64,000 nt of DNA. Origin: a virus. Taxonomy: Duplodnaviria > Caudoviricetes. This document shows positions 1 to 8,837 of the stretch, piece by piece (position 1 is the stretch's first letter; every line of letters begins with the position of its first letter). Where the stretch lies: positions 2,050-66,049 of the IMG/VR virus record IMGVR_UViG_3300046787_000352. One strand, given 5' to 3'. Below the pieces are notes generated by a model. It had not been told where the DNA came from. It was given only the letters and a program-made list of their open reading frames with translations, and did not search any database. The position numbers and the translations under genes were made by a program.

Positions 1-928
1 TCTTGCTCGGAACAGCCGTTGGCTTGGCCTCTTCCTTGCGCACGACTGGCTCTTCGCCTTCGTCCTCCGCAGGGGCTGCGGCGGCTTTGGGCTTCTTAGC
101 CTTCGGTGCTGGTGCTGGTGGCTCGTCGTCCTCAGCTTCTGGTGCTGGTGCCGCCTTGGCTGCTTTAGGAGGAGTGCCGCCCAATGGTGCTGGTGCAGCG
201 GTTGCTGCGTTGTCCATCTTGGCCACGGTCATGGTGATCGCTTTGATGGCGTCGTCAGACTTGGCTTGCTTCTCAACTGACTCGTACTCGTCGTCGCTCA
301 ACCAGCGCATAGGCTTGAAGAACAACTTGGGGCTCTCAGACTTGGTGTCGAACTTCATGCGAGTCACGACAGTCTCAGGGTTGATGGTCTGTGCGGCCAA
401 GTAGCGTGCGTACTCTTGCAAGGGGCGATCGTCGCCGACTGCCTTGCCGAAGACAGATGTTGCTGGCAATGCCAACTGCAACACGTCGCCGTCCACGTCG
501 TTGGCCAACACTACAGCAAGACGTTGCTGGTAGCGGCAAGCGCGGCTGTTACCTTGGCCAGAACCAGCAATGTTCTTGGGGCACTCGGCACAGTTGGTGG
601 CTTGCTTGTTCTCGGAGTCAGCGCTAGGCTTCTCACCATCGGGCGACCAGCAGTCAGGTGCGGCCACTGCGTTGGCGTCGTATGTCTTTGCGTAGAACAC
701 GCGGCTGACTTTAGGTGCTGCGTTCACGATCACCACGTCGAGGTAGCGTTCTTCGATTGCAGCAACTTCTTTGCCAGAGTCCACCAGACGGAACACGCCG
801 CCTTTGATGGAGATACGCTTGCCACCACCAACGCCACCACCCGACAGGGCCTTAGCGATTGCGGACAGTTCTGCCTTCTTGGCAAATGCGGGGACGGCTG
901 CGCCGTTGAATAAAGCTACGTTGCTCAT
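1..928 (-). CDS. putative ssDNA-binding/annealing protein (3' end runs off the window; absent from the ORF track)
   Basis: ATG at 928 overlaps the stop of 925..1161 (ATGA); manual translation MSNVALFNGAAVPAFAKK...RISIKGGVFRLV...DCWSPDG...CAECPKN...SGQGNSRACRYQQRLAVVL, then a Pro/Ala/Glu-rich tail; lies in the replication module. Confidence 0.6.
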   Translation of the reverse strand, partial: MSNVALFNGAAVPAFAKKAELSAIAKALSGGGVGGGKRISIKGGVFRLVDSGKEVAAIEERYLDVVIVNAAPKVSRVFYAKTYDANAVAAPDCWSPDGEKPSADSENKQATNCAECPKNIAGSGQGNSRACRYQQRLAVVLANDVDGDVLQLALPATSVFGKAVGDDRPLQEYARYLAAQTINPETVVTRMKFDTKSESPKLFFKPMRWLSDDEYESVEKQAKSDDAIKAITMTVAKMDNAATAAPAPLGGTPPKAAKAAPAPEAEDDEPPAPAPKAKKPKAAAAPAEDEGEEPVVRKEEAKPTAVPSK

Positions 929-1161
929 TTGGTTTCTCCTTTGATGAAATCTAAAAATGCCTGCGCTGTGGTGGTGATGTGGTTGGCTTGATACATGCCG
1001 CCGTTGTTTTTATGGAACGTGATGGCTTGCTCAAGTGCGTTTGAACGAACCCAACTGTCGTTCGCTTGGTTCGCGACTTCAAGTCCAGCGCTGGTTTGTG
1101 TCTCCACAGGCAGTTGCGTGAGCGCTTCGTTAAGCTGCACGTCTTCTTTTTTCTTCGTCAT
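925..1161 (-). CDS. hypothetical protein
   Basis: 78-aa ORF tightly coupled to both neighbours. Confidence 0.65.
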   Translation of the reverse strand: MTKKKEDVQLNEALTQLPVETQTSAGLEVANQANDSWVRSNALEQAITFHKNNGGMYQANHITTTAQAFLDFIKGETK

Positions 1162-1616
1162 TTGGTTGGTTTCCTTACTGAGATTGCGTACTCTGTCATC
1201 GAGTTAAGTCCGGGCGGTACGACACCTGGATGCTCGTCAAGGAACTGCTTCATGTTGGTCTGCGCGATACGCTTCTCAAACAAGTCAAGAGCATCGTTCT
1301 CCATCACGAACGACTTGAACGAATCCCAGTCAGTTGTGTTGTAACGAGTCTTGGTGCTGAGCACCACAGTTCCTTTGTCTGTGCGGACGGAAGACACGCC
1401 TAGCACTAGCATCTGGTCTTTGAGAGCGTTCTTCACAGCCTCTTGCTGTGCCTTGATGTTCTCGACCTGAGTTTCGTACTCGGTGGTCAACTGCTGAATC
1501 TTCGCTTGCATCTTGCGATACACGTTAGCCAGCTTGTCCATGGGGATTACCGACATGTCGTCGTCGTCGGCAGTTTCTTGTTGAGGCGCTACGTCCTCGT
1601 CATCTAGAGCGGTCAT
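1158..1616 (-). CDS. conserved phage replication-region protein (coiled coil plus beta-rich C-terminus)
   Basis: RBS AGGAGAAG; motif SVRTDKGTV...DWDSFKSFV...LFEKRI typical of genes next to phage SSB/helicase. Confidence 0.7.
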   Translation of the reverse strand: MTALDDEDVAPQQETADDDDMSVIPMDKLANVYRKMQAKIQQLTTEYETQVENIKAQQEAVKNALKDQMLVLGVSSVRTDKGTVVLSTKTRYNTTDWDSFKSFVMENDALDLFEKRIAQTNMKQFLDEHPGVVPPGLNSMTEYAISVRKPTK

Positions 1617-1633
1617 TTGCTTCTCCTGTTATG

Positions 1634-1649
1634 TGTCTAGTGTTTGACA
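1634..1649. promoter_or_regulatory. TGTCAA-N4-TTGACA-type inverted repeat (TGTCTA-GTGT-TTGACA)
   Basis: Intergenic; related to sites at 11987, 17539 and 24372. Confidence 0.4.
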
Positions 1650-1685
1650 ATGGTACACGAATTTTTCGTTTGACAACTACCTCCT

Positions 1686-3248
1686 TTAAATATTTTTTAC
1701 TTCGCTATCGAATAAGCCTACAAGCAATCCGTTGTCGTTCACTTTGGTACTCATAGCTTTGAACAACTTCTTTTCGATAGGGCTTGACTCGATGTGGTGC
1801 ACAGTTACTTTGTCTGAGTCTTGACCTTTACGGTCGGCTCGTGCTATGCACTGGATGTACTGCTCGACGCTCATGAGTGGGCCAAAGAACACAACTGTGT
1901 CTGCTGCTGTCAGCGTGATGCCGTGCGCAGTAGCTTGTGGCTGCATGACCAATACACGAATGGTTGGCGTTGTTTGGAAGTCATTGATGATGCGCCCACG
2001 CTTGCTGGCGCTCACGTCACCGTGAATCTGATCTACGCCGTAGCCCTTCTTCGTCAGGTAGTTCACGATGGTGTCGATACTGCTGCGGAACATAGCGAAG
2101 ATGATGACCTTGCGGCTCGTCTCCTCCAAGATTTCCTCAAGCACAGCCAGTCGTGGGCCAGCGTCGAACTCAACAACTTCTTTGTCATCTGTGTACGCAG
2201 CGCCACAAGAGATTTGTAGCAACTTGTTTACAGCAACACCAGCGTTCACCGCTGTGATCGTCTCGCCTGCGGCAGACACCAGCAACTGTTCTTTCAACAG
2301 CTTGTAGTATTTGTTCTGCTGCGGTGTCATAGGCACCTCACGCGTCACGGTGATGACGGGCGGCAAGTCCAAGCACTGCGACTTAGAAAACCTAATAGCG
2401 GGTTGTAGCGCGGCGAAGACAGTCGTCGTAGCGTCGGGCTTCGCTGCCCACTTGAACATCGTGATCTTGTTCATCACCTTGTCGCGCCACGCAGTAAAGA
2501 ACTTGGGCACGCCTGTTGGGTTCACCAACTTGGCCAAGCCGTACGCATCCACTGGAGACTGCGATGCAGGTGTACCCGTCATCATCCACAAGTACGTCTC
2601 AGGCGTCAGAATTGAATTGAGCGCCTTCCAACGATTTGTTGATGGGTTCTTGTATGCGTTCGCTTCGTCCACGATGACCAGATCAAAACGGCCATCACGA
2701 ATGATCTCGCTGGCAATCAAGTTCAAGCCGTCGTAGTTGGTGATGACCAACTCGTAGTCCTGCTGAATCATCTCGATGCGCCGCGCAGCTTGCGTATGGT
2801 GGGCCACGATCGCACTGCGATGAATCACGCTTGAGTTGATGTCGCCCATCCACGCGCTGTGCATGATTGACAGCGGACACAAGATCAAGACACGGCGAAC
2901 TTCACCACGCTTCATCAAGTAGTCCGCTGCCCACAATGCGCTGAGCGTCTTGCCCGTGCCGGGGTCATTGAACACGAACGCACGACGATACATCGTGAGG
3001 AACGATGCTGTCTCTACTTGGTGGCCCATGGGCTTGTAACGGCCCGGCCAGTCGTAGCGTCTCGTGATTGGCGAGGGGACATTCTTGACCCCAAGGTTGC
3101 GAAGCACACGTGCTTCATCTAGGCCCCAGAACACGGCGACTTCGTACGCTCCATCGTTGAAGCCGAGCACCTTGCTCTTGGGGATGACGCTGTACTTGTC
3201 AGGGTTTCTTGTGCGCAGTACAAGCGCTTTGTCGTCAACTATTTGCAT
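1686..3248 (-). CDS. SNF2-family (SF2) helicase
   Basis: Walker A DPGTGKT, Walker B VIVDEAN, MMTGTP, HGITLTAA, QCIARADRKGQ; start placed at MQIVDDK. Confidence 0.92.
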   Translation of the reverse strand: MQIVDDKALVLRTRNPDKYSVIPKSKVLGFNDGAYEVAVFWGLDEARVLRNLGVKNVPSPITRRYDWPGRYKPMGHQVETASFLTMYRRAFVFNDPGTGKTLSALWAADYLMKRGEVRRVLILCPLSIMHSAWMGDINSSVIHRSAIVAHHTQAARRIEMIQQDYELVITNYDGLNLIASEIIRDGRFDLVIVDEANAYKNPSTNRWKALNSILTPETYLWMMTGTPASQSPVDAYGLAKLVNPTGVPKFFTAWRDKVMNKITMFKWAAKPDATTTVFAALQPAIRFSKSQCLDLPPVITVTREVPMTPQQNKYYKLLKEQLLVSAAGETITAVNAGVAVNKLLQISCGAAYTDDKEVVEFDAGPRLAVLEEILEETSRKVIIFAMFRSSIDTIVNYLTKKGYGVDQIHGDVSASKRGRIINDFQTTPTIRVLVMQPQATAHGITLTAADTVVFFGPLMSVEQYIQCIARADRKGQDSDKVTVHHIESSPIEKKLFKAMSTKVNDNGLLVGLFDSEVKNI

Positions 3249-3591
3249 GGGGTGCCAGTATGTAAACTTCTTCGGAGAACTCTTGGTGGTTGCCTTCGCG
3301 CAGCTCTTTACGTTCAAACAATTCGGAGCCAACAAACCACAGGTCTGAGCCGCTTATGTTTGCGACTTCTTCCATGGTTGCAACACTGCCGTTGAATGCT
3401 GCTGTCCAGATGTCGCGTAACACCTGTGTGCTTGAGCTTCGTATTTGTTTGGCTTGCTCTGATTCTGTTGCACGTACATCTTTGTTTTTTGACATTTCCT
3501 GAAACCTATATTTGTTGTACTCCGCAGCAAACAGTTGGTTGAGTTGCGGCATCATTTGTTTGCGCATGGCGCTCATGGTGAGCGGCGGCAT
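3235..3591 (-). CDS. hypothetical protein, divergent member of the DLW-K-G-W paralogue array
   Basis: SSTQVLRDIWTAAFNG resembles the motif in the three neighbouring genes. Confidence 0.6.
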   Translation of the reverse strand: MPPLTMSAMRKQMMPQLNQLFAAEYNKYRFQEMSKNKDVRATESEQAKQIRSSSTQVLRDIWTAAFNGSVATMEEVANISGSDLWFVGSELFERKELREGNHQEFSEEVYILAPHANS

Positions 3592-4112
3592 TACACGTTC
3601 TCCTTCAAACGCAACCAGATGCGGCTGTGCTTTTCCATTTGCTCAAAGCATTTGTTGTTGGTGAGACGCACTTGAATCTCGCCGTAGATGTCGTCCTCTG
3701 CGTAAGTTTGATGCGCTCGAACCCACGCATCGCCGTGCTTGGCCCTCCACAGATCAACGGCTGTTGATAGTGAAACAGAATAAGCGTTGTCGTTGTTGGG
3801 GTCGTACGCGTCAGCGATGGCCTGCATACGTGCCTCCTCCTGTTGCTTCTGGTAGCGCTCGATCATGCGCCACTGCGAGTCCGCATCCATCTCCTCCCAA
3901 ACACGTTGTGCGTTGGGGTCTTGCGCTATCTCGTCATACAACGGTACAGGTATGTCGCTCCCCCGTGGCGCTGGTCGAGACATCGGCCGCAGACCCTGCG
4001 GCGCTTGTTGGTATCCGTTGCCATACATACCCCGTGGGTCGTTCCACCCATGTGATGCGTGCTGCGCTGCTTGTTGCGCGGCGTTGTTCCATGCGTTGTT
4101 AAGTGCGCTCAT
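3591..4112 (-). CDS. hypothetical protein, DLW-K-G-W paralogue
   Basis: AYSVSLSTAVDLWRAKHGDAWV; RBS GGGAGG before ATG 4112. Confidence 0.65.
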   Translation of the reverse strand: MSALNNAWNNAAQQAAQHASHGWNDPRGMYGNGYQQAPQGLRPMSRPAPRGSDIPVPLYDEIAQDPNAQRVWEEMDADSQWRMIERYQKQQEEARMQAIADAYDPNNDNAYSVSLSTAVDLWRAKHGDAWVRAHQTYAEDDIYGEIQVRLTNNKCFEQMEKHSRIWLRLKENV

Positions 4113-4444
4113 ACTTCCTCCCGCAACTTGCGCCATTCGCAGGTCATGTCGTCTTCGAGCATGTGATACTCACGCAGTCGGTACTGAATTAATTCCCACG
4201 TCTCACCATCATCTAGGATGGTTTCATGCACCCACTGCCTGCCAAACTTTGATAGCCACAAGTCGCGCAGTGTTTCGATCGGTGTGTTGTATAGCTCTAC
4301 GTTGTTCGGGTTACTTCCGTCCACCTCTGGCGGTTCTTCCTCATAGACGATTGCCATGGACTTGGCGTACACCTCGGGGCTAATACCGAGCCGCTGAGCG
4401 ACAGCTATCTGCGCTGAGTTAAGTATGATTTTTTTGGTAGTCAT
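4109..4444 (-). CDS. hypothetical protein: scaffold-like N-terminal motif fused to a DLW-K-G-W domain
   Basis: KKIILNSAQIAVAQRLGISPEVYA plus YNTPIETLRDLWLSKFGRQWV; RBS AGGAGAAG. Confidence 0.7.
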   Translation of the reverse strand: MTTKKIILNSAQIAVAQRLGISPEVYAKSMAIVYEEEPPEVDGSNPNNVELYNTPIETLRDLWLSKFGRQWVHETILDDGETWELIQYRLREYHMLEDDMTCEWRKLREEV

Positions 4445-4463
4445 TTGCTTCTCCTGTTGAAAT

Positions 4464-4853
4464 TTATGCTGGCTTGCGACACACGTACGTTGCGCGGTCT
4501 GTCAAGTAATGCTGCTCTACATGGCCTAGCTGTTTAAGTCGCTCACATGCGACTTGCCAGAACCTATCGTCATGAATGGCTGTTAAGTCCACCCACTCGT
4601 TACCCCACTTCGCTAACCACAAGTCACACAGCGTTTGAGGTGAGGTGTTGTACGCCTCGTTCTCTTTCAGCTCGATGCTGTTGGTGTGGTTGCGGATTGC
4701 GGCTGTTGAAGCCCCGAAGGGGCCACCTTGATGCGATGCTGTGTTGTTGATACTGAGCGGTGTGATTGTGCTGGGTGAAGTTGTCATCACCCACGAGCCA
4801 GCAGGCATAGCAGTACCGATCTCCTGCGCCGTAACGCCTATATGCGTGCTCAC
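4464..4853 (-). CDS. hypothetical protein, DLW-K-G-W paralogue
   Basis: AYNTSPQTLCDLWLAKWGNEWV. Confidence 0.65.
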   Translation of the reverse strand: MSTHIGVTAQEIGTAMPAGSWVMTTSPSTITPLSINNTASHQGGPFGASTAAIRNHTNSIELKENEAYNTSPQTLCDLWLAKWGNEWVDLTAIHDDRFWQVACERLKQLGHVEQHYLTDRATYVCRKPA

Positions 4854-5083
4854 TTCTTGTCTCCGCGATTGGCCTTCACGCTACGCACACGCAGGTTCGA
4901 CTTCGCTGACGTGCCGCCGCTCTTGAGTGGTTTGATGTGGTCAACATCTTTACCATCGCCTTTGTGCACGGCACCGCTTTTCTCCATGATGCGTCGTGCC
5001 TTGACGCGCTCAGCGCGTTTGGCGATCTGCTCTGGCTTGCCGTGAAAGTCTTTGTATTCCTGTTTGTAGTCGCGTGTTGCCAT
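4850..5083 (-). CDS. small HNH endonuclease-like protein
   Basis: DVDHIKPLKSGG...NLRV...NRG HNH core. Confidence 0.8.
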   Translation of the reverse strand: MATRDYKQEYKDFHGKPEQIAKRAERVKARRIMEKSGAVHKGDGKDVDHIKPLKSGGTSAKSNLRVRSVKANRGDKK

Positions 5084-5092
5084 GATGGCTCC

Positions 5093-5761
5093 TTAGTGCT
5101 TGGGGTTGAACTCGCAGCCGGTGACCTGACACCATTTGCATAGAGGGGTTTGATTGGGGTTCCACACGTTGTTGGCAAAGCTGGCTTCAAGCCGCGCTGT
5201 GCGCTCACGGTACTTCCACCACGCAGCGTCTGCTTGCTCACGCATCATCTGCATCTTGACTATATCGTTCTTGACGATGAACAGCAACGCTGAGTTGACC
5301 TTGCGGATGTGCGGGAAGTGAGCGAATACCATGATCGACATGAGCACCAACTGATCGCGGTCTGGGTACTTGTTGTTGCCTGTCTTCCAGTCGCCCACCC
5401 ACGCAGTGAGGTTGTCATCATTCACGATCAAGATGTCAGCGATGCCGCGCACCCACACGTCGGGGGACTTCCACTCGCAGGGGTTCAGGTTCACGTCCAA
5501 CGCCATCTCATACTCGGCGAGCTTGCGCCCTTCTTTCTGAATCATGGCGTCGGCCACATCCTTGAACTGAGCGTGCTCAGGAGGGATAGGTTTGCCATCG
5601 CGGATGTACAGCTCCAAGCTCTCGTGCACTTGGTTACCGTAACGTGTTGCCTCAGTCTCTTGGAAGGGGTACTTCTTCAAGACCTTGACCTCGTGGTAAC
5701 GCCGAGCGCAACCCTCAAAGTCTTTTAAGGAGCTGTGGCTCCATGCTGGTTTCTTACTCAT
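5093..5761 (-). CDS. PD-(D/E)xK exonuclease (Cas4/RecB-like, probable Fe-S staple)
   Basis: RGIAD...GDWKTG...QL motifs; N-terminal Cys plus C-terminal CKWCQVTGC. Confidence 0.85.
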   Translation of the reverse strand: MSKKPAWSHSSLKDFEGCARRYHEVKVLKKYPFQETEATRYGNQVHESLELYIRDGKPIPPEHAQFKDVADAMIQKEGRKLAEYEMALDVNLNPCEWKSPDVWVRGIADILIVNDDNLTAWVGDWKTGNNKYPDRDQLVLMSIMVFAHFPHIRKVNSALLFIVKNDIVKMQMMREQADAAWWKYRERTARLEASFANNVWNPNQTPLCKWCQVTGCEFNPKH

Positions 5762-5996
5762 GTTTTTCCCAAACGCGTTTGTATAAAAGAAAGTAGTTCA
5801 GCGCTTTTTGTAGCGTTGTGAACGAGCAATAAGGTGATGACGCACGGGGAGGCTTTATGTACCACTCTCGATCTTCACGATCTTGGTAGCAGTCCCAACC
5901 CGCATACTCGAACAACATCTTTATCGCTTCGTCGTCCAGCTCAGAATCGGGCTGATCGGACTGCATTGCTGAGCCTTGTTGAAAACGCATCGACAA
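5754..5996 (-). CDS. hypothetical protein
   Basis: ORF fills the gap between coupled genes; start uncertain. Confidence 0.45.
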   Translation of the reverse strand: MSMRFQQGSAMQSDQPDSELDDEAIKMLFEYAGWDCYQDREDREWYIKPPRASSPYCSFTTLQKALNYFLLYKRVWEKHE

Positions 5997-6243
5997 ACTT
6001 CTCGTTGGCTTCGAGCTTGCTGCCCATGTCTTCGAGAATGGCGTGAGTCAACTCGTGCCAGAAGGTTGTGTCAATTTCTTTCTCTGGCAGTGGGCGACCC
6101 AACGAGTTGTGTGTGCCGATACGGATGTCGGCTTCGTCGTAGTTGATACCACCCCACACGTGCTTGCCGTTGATCTTGTGCGTAAGACGCTTGGTGACCG
6201 TGTACCACTTCTTGCCGACTTTAATTTTCTTTGGTAGTTGCAT
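5941..6243 (-). CDS. small HExxH metallopeptidase-like protein
   Basis: TTFWHELTHAIL...NEKFVD; RBS AGGAGAG. Confidence 0.7.
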   Translation of the reverse strand: MQLPKKIKVGKKWYTVTKRLTHKINGKHVWGGINYDEADIRIGTHNSLGRPLPEKEIDTTFWHELTHAILEDMGSKLEANEKFVDAFSTRLSNAVRSARF

Positions 6244-6253
6244 TGCTCTCTCC

Positions 6254-8233
6254 TTAATTTTTTGCTAACCCATACCTACGGTGCGCACCACCGTCAGCGT
6301 CCAGAGGGATGCCCTGCATGTAGCTTGGCTCCATGGTCATCTGCGCCAAGACCCAAGTCTTAGCGTCAGCAACTTCTGCATCTGGCACAACCGAAATCAA
6401 TTCGTCGTGCACGGTGCCTTTGACGGGATAGCGTTTGTTCACACGCAGCATCCCATCGGTCATCACAATCCGCGCTGTACCTTGCACCACGTTGTTCGTG
6501 ATCTTGCCTGCGTACAGCTTGGTAGCGTCGGGGCCATAAACCCATTGCGGCCTACCCTTCTCGTCCTTTTCTTGGCGTAGGTTCTTATAGAACACGCTCA
6601 TACCGTTCGGTAGGACAATCTCTTCTTTGCGGAAGGTGATACATTTATAACTGAATTCGTTGCCTAAGTAAAGGCTTCGATGAATCAATTCACCGCACAT
6701 GTCCCAAAAAGCAACAACGGGGTACGCTGTGGCACGGTACTTGTCGATGATCGCCTTGGCCGCCACGCAGTGAATCAACAGCTCCTCGTCTGTGCACACG
6801 CGGGGTATCTCCTCCATCTTCTTGATGTTGTCCTCGTTGTTCAAGAAGCTGTCGATGTACTTCGACGTGACGCCGAGCGCTTTGGCGAAGTCTTTTTTGT
6901 ATCGTACAGGCGGTGCTCCAAGGAAGCCCACCAAGAGTTGCGCTGAGAACGATGCCCAACCAAGGCCATACCCGCAACCAAGCAACGCGCTTTTCGCGGA
7001 CTGCCGTAGGTCTGGGTGAGATTCTTTACTGAGTCCGGGTATGTTGAACATCTGAGCGCCGAACGCCGCATAAGGGTCACCCCCTTCTTTGAAGATGCGC
7101 AACATGTCGTGGTAATCCGCCAGCCACGCAAGCACTCGTGGCTCAATCTGCGAGAGGTCGCCCACCACGAGCTGGTGCCCAGCGGGAGCCATAATTGCTT
7201 TACGAAGGAACGAACCTCGCTTGAGGTTCTGCATGTTGATGGCACTGCCCTTGGACGCTGTCCATCGCCCCGAGAGAGCGCCGTAATACGAGAGCGGTAC
7301 AGGTAACGGGCCGCGTCGGGAGATGTCAAGAAAGCGCTGCGCTCGCGTGCGCTCAGTCGTTGACTTAACTTTAAGGCGAGCCTCGCAAAGTAGGGCGACA
7401 TCTTCATTTTCGCCGTTGAGCATTGCTTGGAAGTGCGCGTCAGTCTTTGCAAGCGCAAGAGTCTGCTTGCCGGTGGTTTTGCTTTTCTTAGTCGGCGCAA
7501 CAACGCCAAGAGATTTAAGAATCGCCTCGAAGTTTTTGTTCGACGCAAGCGCAGCTTCTTCCACGCCGAGCTTTTTAAGTAGGGCTTCACGTGATTCCTT
7601 TTCTGAGTGGAGCGCATCCACCAACATATTGCTGTCAAGTTCAAGAACAGGGTTCGTGAACATCTTTAAGGTCATGTCGATAAGGCGGAGTTCCTTAGAC
7701 GGGTAGCCAACAACAAGACGCTTGAAGATTTCTTCACACAAGAACACGTCGTGCATGCAGTAGTCCGCAAGTTCTTTCTCAATCTGCGGCGTGAGTTCCG
7801 TGAGGCCGTCCGTGGTATGCACGGCCTTGCCCTTCGCTGGGAGCCCGTACTTTTCTGCAAGGGTGGCGAGACTGTTGCCTGCGACAAGAAGCCCTTCGGA
7901 GATGTTGCGTGCACGTGCCATGCTAAGGCTATCGAAAATAAAGCAAGGATGAACGTCGTAAACCCACTCAAGAATGGAAACGTCAAACTGAGCATTGTGA
8001 GCAAGCACAGCAGTGCTGCTCCAATCGTAAGTTGAAAGGATGCGCGGGAGCTCCTCATGGCTGTACCACTGGATGATCTTGTCTGTGCCGTACTCATGGA
8101 TGCAGGCTCCGAAGGCTTTGAATTGTGGGTCACGTATGTACTCCTCTGTTGTCATCTTACGTAGGGTGTAGCCCGAGCTGTCCCACCGAGTTTCAAAGTC
8201 GATGGTCAGCAGTGTTTTGTATGGGGCGCTCAA
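6254..8233 (-). CDS. polA: DNA polymerase family A (3'-5' exonuclease plus polymerase)
   Basis: ExoI TIDFET, AHNAQFD; motif A GDLSQIEPRVLAW; motif B RQSAKSALLGCGYG; motif C TVHDEL. Confidence 0.95.
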   Translation of the reverse strand: MSAPYKTLLTIDFETRWDSSGYTLRKMTTEEYIRDPQFKAFGACIHEYGTDKIIQWYSHEELPRILSTYDWSSTAVLAHNAQFDVSILEWVYDVHPCFIFDSLSMARARNISEGLLVAGNSLATLAEKYGLPAKGKAVHTTDGLTELTPQIEKELADYCMHDVFLCEEIFKRLVVGYPSKELRLIDMTLKMFTNPVLELDSNMLVDALHSEKESREALLKKLGVEEAALASNKNFEAILKSLGVVAPTKKSKTTGKQTLALAKTDAHFQAMLNGENEDVALLCEARLKVKSTTERTRAQRFLDISRRGPLPVPLSYYGALSGRWTASKGSAINMQNLKRGSFLRKAIMAPAGHQLVVGDLSQIEPRVLAWLADYHDMLRIFKEGGDPYAAFGAQMFNIPGLSKESHPDLRQSAKSALLGCGYGLGWASFSAQLLVGFLGAPPVRYKKDFAKALGVTSKYIDSFLNNEDNIKKMEEIPRVCTDEELLIHCVAAKAIIDKYRATAYPVVAFWDMCGELIHRSLYLGNEFSYKCITFRKEEIVLPNGMSVFYKNLRQEKDEKGRPQWVYGPDATKLYAGKITNNVVQGTARIVMTDGMLRVNKRYPVKGTVHDELISVVPDAEVADAKTWVLAQMTMEPSYMQGIPLDADGGAHRRYGLAKN

Positions 8234-8529
8234 TTCATCATCTCCTTTGATGGCGCGTCGGCCATGTTTAAATCCATGAGCGCCATGCCGAGCTTCGACA
8301 CGAGTACGCCTGCCTCCATCTCTGTGCAGTTGATTGTCATAAGCTCAGCCTTGTCGTCTCCGTCTCGGCCAGCAATGATGACTGCACGCCAATCGTTTTG
8401 TAGGTAGCACTCGATGATGCCCTTCACAACCACACGCAGGTGGTCGCGTTGTGGTTTGCTCAGTTTGTCGATCTTCTCCATGAATTCCAGCGCTTCTTTT
8501 GTCTCGCCTATCGTTCGTCGTCCGTCCAT
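8230..8529 (-). CDS. hypothetical protein
   Basis: 99-aa ORF, RBS AGGAG, coupled to polA. Confidence 0.65.
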   Translation of the reverse strand: MDGRRTIGETKEALEFMEKIDKLSKPQRDHLRVVVKGIIECYLQNDWRAVIIAGRDGDDKAELMTINCTEMEAGVLVSKLGMALMDLNMADAPSKEMMN

Positions 8530-8837
8530 TGCATGCTCCTTAAAGTGTCGAGTGTTTCGATTGCTGTGGCCAAGTCGGCCACGTTTGATTCATTGATGAC
8601 CAGCGATATGCCGCCGCTTTCTTGGATGCGCCGCAGGTTGTCTTCCTGCAACGCTGTCGTCTTGCCCTTGCCTGCCTTCGCTTCGATGCCGATGAACAGG
8701 CCGTTCTTGCAAGCCAAGAAATCAGGAACGCCGCTGCTCCCATAGCCCGTACCAAGCGGCATAGCGTAGTATGTCCGTGTGGTGTCCAGTATCTTTCTGA
8801 TCTGCTTCTTTACTTTGGATTCCGGTGTTGCTGCCAA
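8508..8837 (-). CDS. VRR-NUC domain nuclease
   Basis: ESKVKKQI...GVPDFLAC...FIGIEAKAGKG...LQ...GG. Confidence 0.88.
   Translation of the reverse strand: MAATPESKVKKQIRKILDTTRTYYAMPLGTGYGSSGVPDFLACKNGLFIGIEAKAGKGKTTALQEDNLRRIQESGGISLVINESNVADLATAIETLDTLRSMQWTDDER

Noticed and set aside
3-913. Plus-strand ORFs at the window start
   Set aside because: Antisense shadows of the real minus-strand gene starting at 928, which the ORF track missed because it has no stop in the window
5093-5761. Cas4-like nuclease as evidence of a CRISPR system
   Set aside because: Solo Cas4/RecB-like exonucleases are ordinary in phage replication modules; no array or cas1/cas2 is present
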